Part shown: positions 21,432 to 31,311 of the stretch, one piece after another
Layout: each line of letters opens with the position of its first letter
Position numbering within the stretch: position 1 is the stretch's first letter
Assembly (NCBI GenBank): GCA_965237955.1
Contig: OZ250169.1
Coordinates: 2,880,001-2,944,000 of the forward strand
Length of the DNA: 64,000 nucleotides
Direction of reading: 5' to 3'
DNA from: Candidatus Marinacidobacterales bacterium
GTDB lineage: Bacteria > Acidobacteriota > Vicinamibacteria > Marinacidobacterales > SMYC01
The notes under the pieces: model-generated
Seen by the model: only the letters and a program-made list of their open reading frames with translations
Databases searched by the model: none
Told to the model about the DNA's origin: nothing
Program-made: the position numbers and the translations under genes

Positions 21432-21878
21432 ATGATCGTGAAGAGGACAGCCGTACTTCTGTTTTGCGTTGGTCTCGTGGTGGCCTTTGTTTCCTGTCGG
21501 TCGTCGCAGGGTGCTACCCGGGAGGAAACACAACACACCGAACACACCGAACAACACGCCGATTCGCCAGCTGGGGAGCAATTGGAGCAAATCAGGTCGT
21601 CGCTCTTGGAAGTGACGACCGAGTTGAATGAGCAGGGCAAATACAATTGCTGTATCGAGCCGCGCTGCAGCTGGTGTGCGCTCCACGAAGGCGAGTGTGA
21701 GTGCTTCAACAATCTTCAACAAGGCGAAGAGGTGTGCCCGGGATGCGGATTGGGTTGGCACAACGGGAACGGCATCGTCGAGGGTGTCAGCGTCAGCGAA
21801 GTGAAGTGGAACATTGCTCACAGTCATGGCGAACATGGCTCTCACGAAAACGGCTCGGAGGAGCAACCCGAGCAGTAA
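21432..21878 (+). CDS. Cys/His-rich putative lipoprotein
   Basis: Lipobox-like AFVSC; CC-x4-C-x2-C-x6-C-x-C...CPGC; His-rich tail. Confidence 0.7.
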   Translation: MIVKRTAVLLFCVGLVVAFVSCRSSQGATREETQHTEHTEQHADSPAGEQLEQIRSSLLEVTTELNEQGKYNCCIEPRCSWCALHEGECECFNNLQQGEEVCPGCGLGWHNGNGIVEGVSVSEVKWNIAHSHGEHGSHENGSEEQPEQ

Positions 21879-22413
21879 TCCAATGGCCGGGTGAAGGTTG
21901 ACGCCAGGGCTTGACCGCCGTCCACGGCGTTTCGCCTCGCTCGGGAGCTTCGATTTAACTTCGTTGGAGGAAGGAGGAAAAAAGTATGGAACTCCGTGAT
22001 CGGCTGGCTGTGAAGGAGGGTCTGGACTATGAGATACCTAAGGTCGCGGACCGACTGCCCTACTTTCTCGGATCGCTCACCCTGTTCGGAATCATCGTTC
22101 AAGTCCTCAGTGGTTTCTACTTAACCCAGTTTTACAATGCGGATCCGGCGAGCGCGCACCAGAGTGTTCTCTACATCGTGAGCCGCGCCCCTTTGGGCGA
22201 TTTTATTCGTGGCATCCACCACTGGAGTGCGGATTTCGTTCTGCTGAGCGTGACCGCGCATCTGCTCTGGGTCTTCTGGAGGGGAAGCTACAAGAAACCC
22301 CGTGAACTGACCTGGTGGGCAGGGGTGCTCATGTTGGGAACGATCTTCCTGATCTATTTCACCGGAACGGTTCTGCCCCGGGATCAGGCAGGCTATGAAG
22401 CCCTGGAGCACTT

Positions 22414-23799
22414 TGAAGTGGACCCCGTTTTTTAGACCAGGGGTTAAGGTGGTAAAAGAAGCCTGCTCAATCCAAAAAGGAGCAGAGAAAAATGAAAAAG
22501 AGTCGCACGAAACACAGTCCAGTTTTCAAGGCGAAAGTTGCCTTGGCCGTAGTGCGCGAGCAAGAAACGGTGGCGGAGCTGTCCCGCCGGCACAAGGTTC
22601 ACGCGAACCAGATCTACAGGTGGAAGCGGCAGCTTTTGGAGAACGTCGAGCGTGCTTTCGAGTCCGAGGAGATTCGCGAAGGCGACGCGTCGGTGCGCGA
22701 GGCCGAGCTGCTACAGAAAATCGGGGAGCTAAACGGTGGAACGCGACTATTTATCACGCGGGCTCGGTCGATTGCGATGACAGCACGACGGTCGTTGGTC
22801 GAACCCAACGACCCACTGTCGATGCGCTGGCAGTGCGAGCTGCTCGGCGTGAATCGGTCGAGCGTCTACTACGAACCAGTAGAGCCGGATGCGGAGGAAC
22901 TGGCAATGATGCGACGGATGGACGAGCTCCATCTGAAGCATCCGTTTTTCGGCAGCCGCATGATGACGCAGACACTCAAAGCTGAGGGGGCCTTGGTGAA
23001 CCGCAAGCGTGTGCAGAGGCTGATGCGGCTGATGGGGATCGAGAGCACAGCGCCCAAGCCGAACACAAGCAAGCCAGCGCCCGAGCACGCCGTATACCCC
23101 TATTTACTGCGGAACGTGACGGTTTCCCGGGTCAATCAGGTGTGGGCGTCTGACATCACCTACATCCCGATGGCGCGAGGCTTCGTCTACCTGGTGGCGG
23201 TCATCGATTGGTATTCGCGCCGGGTGCTCGCCTGGCGCTTGTCCAACACGTTGGAGACGACTTTCTGTGTGGAGGCCGTGAACGAAGCTGTGGCACGCTA
23301 CGGTTGTCCAGAGATTTTCAACACGGACCAGGGCTCTCAGTTCACGGCGGAGGATTTCACCACCCCACTGCTCGAGCGCGGGATCAAGATCAGCATGGAC
23401 GGCAAGGGCCGCTGCATCGATAACTCCTTCGTCGAGCGGCTCTGGCGTTCGCTGAAGTACGAGGAGGTCTACCTGTACGCCTACGATACCGTGCAAGTCG
23501 CGCGCGCGGGCATTGCTCGCTACATCGATTTTTTCAATGACGAGCGGCCGCACAAGGCGTTAGGCTACCAAACGCCCGCGAGCTTCTACGACGGGCTGCT
23601 CAGCGAGGTTGCTTGAAGGTGATGGCCACAGCGCAAACCACAATGCCTAAAAGTTGTCACTGTGACCATAGGCTCACTTTCCGAAGACTCCCTTTGGGAG
23701 CCTTCGGAAAACAAGATCAAGACTACGACGACATGTTCAACTCGGCAGGCTACACCTTAGCAAGACCCCATTTTGGTCTAGAGAATAGGGTCCACCTCA
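22414..23799 (+). mobile_element. IS3-family element
   Basis: IRs TGAAGTGGACCCC / GGGTCCACCTCA; CTT duplication. Confidence 0.88.
22492..23616 (+). CDS. IS3-family transposase (orfA-orfB in one frame)
   Basis: FKAKVAL HTH; [26 protein letters not shown]. Confidence 0.9.
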   Translation: MKKSRTKHSPVFKAKVALAVVREQETVAELSRRHKVHANQIYRWKRQLLENVERAFESEEIREGDASVREAELLQKIGELNGGTRLFITRARSIAMTARRSLVEPNDPLSMRWQCELLGVNRSSVYYEPVEPDAEELAMMRRMDELHLKHPFFGSRMMTQTLKAEGALVNRKRVQRLMRLMGIESTAPKPNTSKPAPEHAVYPYLLRNVTVSRVNQVWASDITYIPMARGFVYLVAVIDWYSRRVLAWRLSNTLETTFCVEAVNEAVARYGCPEIFNTDQGSQFTAEDFTTPLLERGIKISMDGKGRCIDNSFVERLWRSLKYEEVYLYAYDTVQVARAGIARYIDFFNDERPHKALGYQTPASFYDGLLSEVA

Positions 23800-24396
23800 C
23801 TTTTTTTATAGCGGGGGCTCGCGGCGCCGGTATTTTGGGTGTCATGTTCATGCCGGAGTTTACCCCCAGCGTCGAGATCTTGTCCCGGCTCTATGCCCTT
23901 CACATTAGTGTCTTACCCACTCTTTTGTTCGGCTTTCTAGGGATCCATCTGTTCTTGATCCGCTTTCTCGATATCCACACCCACCCAGGTGAAGAGAAGA
24001 ACGGCCGCACCTTTTTGAATCATTTACGCAAGATGTTTGCTCACGGGTTCCTCTTCTTAGCAGTTGCCGGACTCTTCTCTCTCGTGTTGCCGGCCCATTT
24101 GGGATACCCCGCCGTGGAAGGGGTGGAGATCACCAAGCCCCCTTTCTTCTTTTTGTGGATTTACGCCCTGGAGAATTTGTTCGGAATGAAGGCGCTAGTT
24201 TTCGGGCCGCCGTTCCTCTATCTGTTGCTTTTTCTACCGCCGATCCTCGACCGGAAGGAGTCCACGTTGCCGCACGACCGTAAAGGAATCTTGTCGGTCG
24301 GCTTTGGCTTTCTTCTTCTTCTGCTGGCGCTCGCCATCTACGCCTGGCTCGCCCCGGCACAGCAACACATCATGTAAACGCGATAAGGAGAAAAGG

Positions 24397-24951
24397 ATGA
24401 ATAAGCTGAACAGTATCGTCGCTCTGGTAGGATTCTTCACCATGGCCTCCTATTCCCATGCCCATGGGCCCGAGCTGAAGATCGATAAAACGACGGCTGT
24501 GCCGGGAGAAGTGATTACCGTGCAAGGGGAAGGAATCACTGCGAACGGCGAGATCCAGCTCACTTTGAAAGGTATTCTCCGGGATTATTCCCTCGGCAGC
24601 CTCCAGGGTGGCGAGCACGGCGGATTTGAAAAGCAATTCACGCTTCCGAGTGATATTCAACCCGGAAGCTACACCTTGGTTGCTTCGGGAGACGATACCG
24701 CGACCGTCAAGCTGGAGGTCAAGCTCGGTGCTGAATCTGAGATGGCGCACGGTGAAGAAGCCGAGGAGCCCCATGGCGCCTCTGAACAGGCTCACGGAAA
24801 GGAAGGGGGCCTGACGGGCGAAGCCAATGCCGGAGAGATGCACATCGAAAGGAAACGGACGACCGTAGAATGGATCTTCGGCTGGGGGACCGTTCTCCTC
24901 TCTTCATCGCTGGGTGTGGGACTCTTGCGTCGGCGAGACTGGAAGGTGTGA
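24397..24951 (+). CDS. Exported His-rich protein with C-terminal membrane anchor
   Basis: Signal peptide ending AH; beta-rich domain; TM helix followed by RRR. Confidence 0.65.
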   Translation: MNKLNSIVALVGFFTMASYSHAHGPELKIDKTTAVPGEVITVQGEGITANGEIQLTLKGILRDYSLGSLQGGEHGGFEKQFTLPSDIQPGSYTLVASGDDTATVKLEVKLGAESEMAHGEEAEEPHGASEQAHGKEGGLTGEANAGEMHIERKRTTVEWIFGWGTVLLSSSLGVGLLRRRDWKV

Positions 24952-25116
24952 TATCGCCCGGGCGGGACAAACCACCATGTCGAGGCGACAACACGACCGG
25001 CGAGGAGTTGCGGCTGTACGAGCACAACAGTGGGACCGGGCGAGCGAGCGAGAACCGTGCCGGCCCCCCAGTAGGATTCCGTCTGAAGCGCCGGGAACGG
25101 GTGAGGTAGGCACAGC

Positions 25117-25285
25117 ATGAAAACAAGGTGCAACGCGGGACTTCTGATTTTGGTGGGGGCCAGTCTGGCCTCGGCCCAGTCATCCCTCACACCTGATGAG
25201 CAGAACACGATTGCCGTCTTCAACAAGGCCCGGCAAGGGGTCGTTCACATCAAGGTCAGCCAACGCGAGAGCGAGCATTTCGGAA
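25117..25285 (+). pseudogene. HtrA/DegP-like protease N-terminal fragment
   Basis: Signal peptide followed by LTPDEQNTIAVF...VVHI. Confidence 0.45.
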
Positions 25286-25807
25286 CTAGTTTTAGCTGCC
25301 GCCTTGCTTTTTAACTTCGGTGCTTTGACTGCGGTGTTCGCGCAAGTAGAGAACGCCACGGTCGAGGTGGATGGCCTTGCATGCCCGTTCTGCGCCTACG
25401 GGCTGGAAAAAAGACTCAAGGACATTGAGGGTGTTGGCAAGGTTGAGATCAATGTGGCCACGGGAGTGGCGACCCTCGGGAGCAAGAAGGAGAAGTCCAT
25501 TGATGTGGAATCGTTAGAGGCCGCGGTCTCCAGGGCGGGCTTCACCCCTCGCGACGTCACGGTGACCGCGGTGGGCCAAATCAGTACGGCGGATGGCACC
25601 TTGGTGTTCCGTGTCGGCGATGCTGATGTCCAGTTTTTGGTCAAAGAGGATGAAGCGTCTCGAAATATGCAGACCGCAATGACCGGTTCGGAAGGTCGCT
25701 TCCGGGTGACAGGCCGGCTCATTCGTGAAAATCCAAAAGGACACCAGGGGCATCCATACACATTAATCGTCGAACAATTTGACGTCATCAAAGAGAGTAG
25801 CTCATGA
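25286..25807 (+). CDS. Heavy-metal-associated (HMA) domain protein, 5' end lost
   Basis: VDGLACPFCAYGLEKRL. Confidence 0.75.
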   Translation, partial: LVLAAALLFNFGALTAVFAQVENATVEVDGLACPFCAYGLEKRLKDIEGVGKVEINVATGVATLGSKKEKSIDVESLEAAVSRAGFTPRDVTVTAVGQISTADGTLVFRVGDADVQFLVKEDEASRNMQTAMTGSEGRFRVTGRLIRENPKGHQGHPYTLIVEQFDVIKESSS

Positions 25808-26622
25808 AAATCAAGTTCGGAGTGGTTCTGTTGGTTCTACTCGCGGTGTTCGCGGGGTGGGCCGGGCTGAGCTGGTTTCCATCGGCGAAGGAGGCCGGAT
25901 ATCGTTCCGTCGTTGCCTGGGGTGAAAGCGGTTCGGACCGCGGGAGCTTGGATGGCCCCATCGGGATTGCCCTTGCCGGTGAGGAAGTCTTCGTGACCGA
26001 CTCCGGAAACCAACGCATCGAGGTCTTCGACCGTAGTGGCAAGTTCCTGCGTGCGTTCGGTCGCGAAGGCGATGGTCCGGGAGAGCTGGACCGGCCGATG
26101 CATATCGAAGCTCGGGACGGCAAGCTCTACGTGGCGGAGTATCTGAACGACCGTATCCAGGTGTTCTCCCTGGCGGGCGAGCCCCTTTCGGTTATCGGAG
26201 GCCCTGGTTGCGTATTCCAGCCATCGTGAACGCCGAATCCAGAGCAAGCTGAACAGCGAATCCGGTGAAGCCGAACGCTCATCGAAGCGATGAAGTGTTG
26301 GGTGACCTCCTTCCCACTGATTGAAAACGTGAACCTATCTTACCTGCGTGTTGTGTAGCAAGGGGCGGCAGGTCGGTGCCGGAGGGAGCGGGCGTAAGGA
26401 AAGACGCGAAGCGACCTTCCCGCTCCCGTAGGCAGCGACCTGCCGCGGCCGAACCCCGGGCGATGTGGGGCTGGTTTCGGGGTGTTGCTGGGGTATGGCC
26501 TGGCTCGAGAAGACGCTTCCTGAGGCATTCTCGCGCGTCGTTTTGGCGCCGCATCGTCTGGTACCCCGGGTTTGGCGGTTTCACCCGTTTTTATCGCATC
26601 GACGCTGTGGTCCCTCGCTCGC

Positions 26623-27380
26623 TCATGCATCGGCGTTGTCAAATGCCTTTGGCGCAGCCTTGGTCTTTCTCAGAGAAGCTCCTTTGAGAGTGATGCGGTG
26701 CGCGCTGTGGAGAATGCGATCGCAGATAGCGTCTGCCTGGTTTGGGTCGCCAATCGCTTCGTGCCACTGCTTGAGCGGAATCTGGGTCGCGATGAGTGTG
26801 GAGCCACGCTCGGCGCGGTCTTCGATGACCTCCATTAGATCCCGTCTCTCCGATTCTTTCAGCGGGTGAAGCAGCCAATCATCGATAGCCAGTAAGTCCA
26901 GCTTGGCGAGTTTCGTCAAAAGCCGGGCGTAGGAACCATCACCACGAGCGACCGCGAGCTCGTGGAGCAAGCGCGGTGCTCACACGTAGCATCCGGTGAA
27001 GCCGCGACGACAGGCCCGCTCCACGAAGGCGCAAGCCAAGAACGATTTGCCAATCCCCGTCGGGCCGGTGATGAGCAGGTTATGGCGCTCACCGACAAAG
27101 CGGCAGTTGCCCAGGCTCAAGATCTGTTCGCGGTTTAAGCCTCGAGGCGCTTGGAAGTTCACGTTCTCCAAACATGCCGGATAGCGGAGCTTTGCCGCTC
27201 GCAGTCGTCGAGAAAGCTTACGCTGTTCGCGGGCGGTCCACTCGGCATCGACCAGGAGTCCCACACGTTCCTCGAAGCTCAGCTCCTTGTATTCGCTCGA
27301 GCTCAACTGGGTTTCGAACGCGGACACCAAGCCGAACAACTTCATGGCGTTCATCTTTTCTATCGTTTCGGGTGTCAGCA
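26623..27380 (-). pseudogene. istB: IstB ATPase with in-frame premature TGA at 26980-26982
   Basis: GPTGIGKS Walker A and LAIDDW Walker B lie in the same frame on either side of the stop. Confidence 0.85.
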
Positions 27381-28931
27381 TCGGGACTCTCCTCCTTCGT
27401 AGTGATCCGCGCCTCGGATGTTCTCGTGCTCCTCTCGCGGTTTCGCTTCGGCGTCCGATTCGAGCACCACACGATCCAGACCAGCCGAGAGAATGTTTTT
27501 CACCGTGCGATAGCTGTAAGAGCTCAAAGCTTCCGCTCGTGCGCAAGCGGCCTCGAGACGCTCACTGCCCCAGCGGCTGCCTAGTCGCATGACTCCCAGG
27601 CAAGAGCGAAATCCCTGCTCCGGGTGAGGCCGACTCTCTAGAATCCCCGCAACCAGCCTTCCCGTGGCGCGACCTGACTGCTCCGCCCAGTGGAGCAGCC
27701 GCGACGGCGTCCACTCCAGGTGCTCCCGATGCGAACGTGGCATATGCTCCGGGTTCGTGGAGTAGTGCCCCTTTCCTTTCTTGCGGGGATGCGACGCGAC
27801 GCGCTTTCCCTTGAACAGGACCTCCACCACCGAGGCCGTCACCCGTGCCTCGACTTTCTCGTGAATGAGCTGATAGGGAACGCTGTACAAGTTGTTCTCC
27901 ACCTCCACGTGGTAGTCGATGTTCACTCTGCACCGCTTCCACGTCGATAACTCGTAGCTCTCCTGCGGTAGCGGTTTCAGTACGGGCCGGTCTAGCCTTT
28001 CGTACAACTCCCGCCGACTCACACCGAGCTTCTGCATCGGACGCGCATTCAGGACCTCTAACTTCTCCCAGATGGCTTCGTTCAGTTCCGCCAGGCTGAA
28101 GAACGTGCGATGACGAAGCACCGCCAGGATCCAGCGCTGCGCCACCTGCACTGCCGACTCCACCTTCGCTTTGTCTTTCGGCTTGAACACCCGAGCCGGG
28201 ACCACAACCGCACCGTAATGCGTCGCCAGCTCTTCGTACGTCCGGTTGATCCCTGGCTCGTAACGGTCCACCAAATCCACGCCGCTCTTCAAGTTGTCCG
28301 GAACCCAGATCTCCGTACTGCCACCGAAGTAATCCGACATCCCCTTATGGGCCTTCGCCCACGATTCCAGCGGCTGGTTCAGTGTCGCTTCGACGTAGGT
28401 GTAACTGCTCGCGCCCAACGTCCCGACGAACAGCTCCATTTCGACGAGCTCTCCCGTTTTCGGATCGACGATGTGAGGCTTCTTCCCCGAAAAATCGACG
28501 AATGTCTTCTCGCCTGCTCGATGCCGTTGACGCATCGTCGGGTTCAGCTTCTTCTTCCACTGACCGTACAGCTCGCAATAACGGCTGTAGCCGTACGCTC
28601 CCGGCTTATTCTCCGCGTACTCCACCCACAGCTGCAGCAACGTCAGCTCTCGGTGACGCCTCAGCTCCTCGTGGATGTGGGCATAGTCCAGACCCGGCCG
28701 TGCGCCAGACGAGCCCGGCGGCGGAAACAGCCCTGCCTCCAGCTCCCCGTCGCTCAGCTCCTCCGGGAGCGGCCAGCTCAGACCACCCTTCTTCGCCTTG
28801 GCCAGGTACTCACTCACCGTTCCAACCGCCACGCGAAGTGCCTTTGCGATCATGCGGTGAGTAAAACCCAGCTCGTACTTTAACCTTAGAACCTCTCGTA
28901 TTTTTCTCATCGATAACCTCTTAGCTGCCAT
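27375..28931 (-). CDS. istA: IS21 transposase IstA
   Basis: FVDFSG, VPDNLKSGV, KPKDKAKVE motifs. Confidence 0.92.
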   Translation of the reverse strand: MAAKRLSMRKIREVLRLKYELGFTHRMIAKALRVAVGTVSEYLAKAKKGGLSWPLPEELSDGELEAGLFPPPGSSGARPGLDYAHIHEELRRHRELTLLQLWVEYAENKPGAYGYSRYCELYGQWKKKLNPTMRQRHRAGEKTFVDFSGKKPHIVDPKTGELVEMELFVGTLGASSYTYVEATLNQPLESWAKAHKGMSDYFGGSTEIWVPDNLKSGVDLVDRYEPGINRTYEELATHYGAVVVPARVFKPKDKAKVESAVQVAQRWILAVLRHRTFFSLAELNEAIWEKLEVLNARPMQKLGVSRRELYERLDRPVLKPLPQESYELSTWKRCRVNIDYHVEVENNLYSVPYQLIHEKVEARVTASVVEVLFKGKRVASHPRKKGKGHYSTNPEHMPRSHREHLEWTPSRLLHWAEQSGRATGRLVAGILESRPHPEQGFRSCLGVMRLGSRWGSERLEAACARAEALSSYSYRTVKNILSAGLDRVVLESDAEAKPREEHENIRGADHYEGGESRC

Positions 28932-28992
28932 TTCCTAGATCGTCCTCCTTCCGGGTACGACCTAGAGTTGCCTTGAAACGTGCTATCGATGA

Positions 28993-29151
28993 GCGTTCGC
29001 GATGCCGGAACCGGCGTTCACGTTGCCTGGAATCCGTGTTCACCTTCCCCGGAATCGATGTTCACGATCCCCGGAATCCGTGTTCACGATGCTTTGGAAT
29101 GGATGTTCACCTTCGGCTGGAATCTGCGTTCACGATGCCCCGGAATACGCA
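28993..29151. repeat. About 7 tandem 21-23-bp IS21 end repeats
   Basis: GTGTTCACGATNCCNGGAATC-like units. Confidence 0.85.
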
Positions 29152-29758
29152 CCTGGTTCGGGCCCTGGTGAATTTGATGCGCCGGGCGGACTGGTGGTGG
29201 CGCCGAACGGCGATCTCTACGTCGCCGACTTCTACAACCATCGGGTCCAGCAACTGCGAGCCGACGGTAGCTTCGTGGCCATCCTGGGAACCTCGGGACG
29301 GGCTCGGAGCGGAGCACTGCACTACCCAACGGATATGGCGATCCTACCGGACGGCGGGGTGGTGGCTGCCGATGCTTATAACAACCGTATCCAGATCTTC
29401 GGGCCCGACGGGAGCTTCCGGACGAAGTGGGGCGGACCTCTCGGACTCGGGCTTCCCGGTGGATGGGGCGGGTGGTTCCGCGTCGCCACCGGGGTGGGTG
29501 TTGACTCGGAGGGTCGCATCTACACCGCCGACTTTTACAACCACCGGATCCAGGTCTTCTCGGCGGCGGGCGAGTTTCTCGGGGAGTTCGGCGAGCCGGG
29601 CAGTGGGCCCGGCCAGCTCCAGCATCCGACGGATGTCGCGATCGCTGCAGACGGCTCCATCTATGTCGTGGACTTCGGAAACGATCGCATACAGGTTTTC
29701 CGACAGGAGGGGTGATAGCCCTTGCTGGCCACGACGTGTGCCGGACCAGGAGATTGAG

Positions 29759-30088
29759 ATGGCGACGATTCAGACGCTGACGAACTCAGAAGTCGAATCG
29801 AGGGTGCTGGAGGCGCCGGTGCCGGTGGCGCTGGATTTCTATCAGACCACTTGCCCGCCGTGCCGCGCGCTGGAGCCTCGGTTGCGAGGCGTCGCCGAGC
29901 GATACACTCGCCGGCTCGAGGTGTACCGGGTGGATATCGACCGTGACCTGGAGGTGGCAGAACGCTTCGGCGTCCAAAGCCTGCCGACCGTGCTTGTCTT
30001 CCGTGGCGGGAAAGAGGTTGATCGGCTCGACGGGTTGATTACGAACGACGATCTCGAAGCAGCCTTCGATCGAGCGAGCCGCATTTGA
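29759..30088 (+). CDS. Thioredoxin family protein
   Basis: LDFY...CPPC; FGVQSLPTV. Confidence 0.85.
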   Translation: MATIQTLTNSEVESRVLEAPVPVALDFYQTTCPPCRALEPRLRGVAERYTRRLEVYRVDIDRDLEVAERFGVQSLPTVLVFRGGKEVDRLDGLITNDDLEAAFDRASRI

Positions 30089-30184
30089 ATCGTCGGGTCG
30101 ATTGGCCAAACGGTCGAGCGGAATCGAGTTACAAGGGACAGGGATGACCTATGGAAAGGGATCGCAAAAAAGGAGCTTAGCGAT

Positions 30185-30421
30185 ATGACAGGCAGAGTCG
30201 AGTTCACCATATCCGGCGACCAGAAGATCCACTGCGCGGGGTGCGAGCAGCGGATCGAGCGGGCGTTCTGGAATGTACCTGGTGTGCAACAGGTTCGAGC
30301 GGATGCCGACACCCAACAAGTCGTGGCCACAATCGACAGGAAACAAGTCGCGCCGGAACAAGTGCGGGGCAAGCTGGCCGACCTGGGCTACCAGGCGAAT
30401 GTCTCAGGGGGGACGGAATGA
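30185..30421 (+). CDS. CopZ-like HMA metal chaperone
   Basis: IHCAGC motif, 78 aa. Confidence 0.8.
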   Translation: MTGRVEFTISGDQKIHCAGCEQRIERAFWNVPGVQQVRADADTQQVVATIDRKQVAPEQVRGKLADLGYQANVSGGTE

Positions 30422-30850
30422 GTGGGAATCGTGGAACGGAGTTCGCGCGGACGAACACTCCCGAGGCTTTCACCCGCGCGGATGGAACCGAGAAGCTCCA
30501 GTTCAAGATCGGCGGGCTGTCGTGTTCCTTCTGTGTGGCGAGCATTACGAAGGCGCTCGGACGGATGGATGGTGTTCGTGAGTTGACGGTGAATCTCGCG
30601 CACGAAGAGGCGCTCGTTGAGTACGAGCCTGCCAAAGTGTCCGCGGCTCAATTGAAACAGACGTTGGTGGACCTCGGCTATACGGTGCGCGACCCGAACA
30701 GAGTGCCCACCTTTGAGGAGGAGGAGGCCGAGCTCCGGCGCGAGCGGAATAAACTGCTTGTGGCAGCGGGTCTCGCCGCCTTCGCGCTGGTTGGCGCGAT
30801 GAGCACGTGGATGCGTGTGCCCATCGGCGGCCTTCCCTGGCTACGAGAAA
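30418..30850 (+). pseudogene. Heavy-metal P1B-ATPase N-terminal fragment
   Basis: GLSCSFC HMA domain and first TM helix, then an abrupt junction. Confidence 0.7.
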
Positions 30851-31143
30851 AAGGTCCATGCCGTCCGTCCTGGAGCATAGCAAAAGCCCAAGAGCGGCAG
30901 AAGCGACGTGTGGCTAATCCTTCAGGGAAGCAGAAGGTGAGTGCAGGCAGAATTCGGGCCGCTGGACACCGTATGGCGGCATTTTGCTGGGCGGAGGAGG
31001 GGTTTTCTTGGGCGATCACGTTGGCCAAAGGATTCGCGGGCTCCGGAGAGCATCTCGAGGGACCGCCGCGTCATCTGGTCTGCTCTCGAGTTGGGTTGAT
31101 GCTCTCCTGAGGGTTCAATTTAAAGCCCTTTTGAACTGAAACG

Positions 31144-31279
31144 GAAAGTGTTACTCTTGGTCGGAAATTGAAACGGCTCCAAACCCGTAGTTTGATGACG
31201 TTACAACATCAAGCTGCAGGAGAAAGGGGCCCAGATGAGAAGTGTGCTACGTTGGATCAAGTAAGAAAAGGCCTGACTC
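31144..31279 (+). mobile_element. IS256-derived MITE, not invaded by IS110
   Basis: Left part similar to 12006-12123; right end CAAGTAAGAAAAGGCCTGACTC. Confidence 0.7.
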
Positions 31280-31311
31280 CTGGGAGAGGTTCAACCGGAA
31301 GGCGGCGATCG

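Larger units (their letters stand above)
21986..24377 (+). pseudogene. Cytochrome b/b6-like protein interrupted by IS3
   Basis: IRGIHHWSA, GSYKKPRELTW before the IS; RLYALHI..LP and KPPFFFLWIY after it. Confidence 0.85.
26209..29151 (-). mobile_element. IS21-family element
   Basis: TGCGTATTCC / GGAATACGCA ends; 6-bp TSD CCTGGT. Confidence 0.92.
25804..29715 (+). pseudogene. NHL-repeat protein interrupted by IS21
   Basis: P.GIA..VFVTDSGNQRI repeats on both sides of the IS. Confidence 0.85.

Noticed and set aside
26980-26982. In-frame TGA in istB as selenocysteine
   Set aside because: The position fits Arg (CGA to TGA) in YVRAPRL and is not a Cys site
28993-29151. CRISPR-like short repeats
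   Set aside because: Units are tandem without unique spacers and end exactly at the IS21 terminus, as expected for IS21 transposase-binding repeats
28973-30088. 371-aa ORF ending in thioredoxin
   Set aside because: Chance read-through of IS21 repeats and an alternate NHL frame; the real gene starts at 29759
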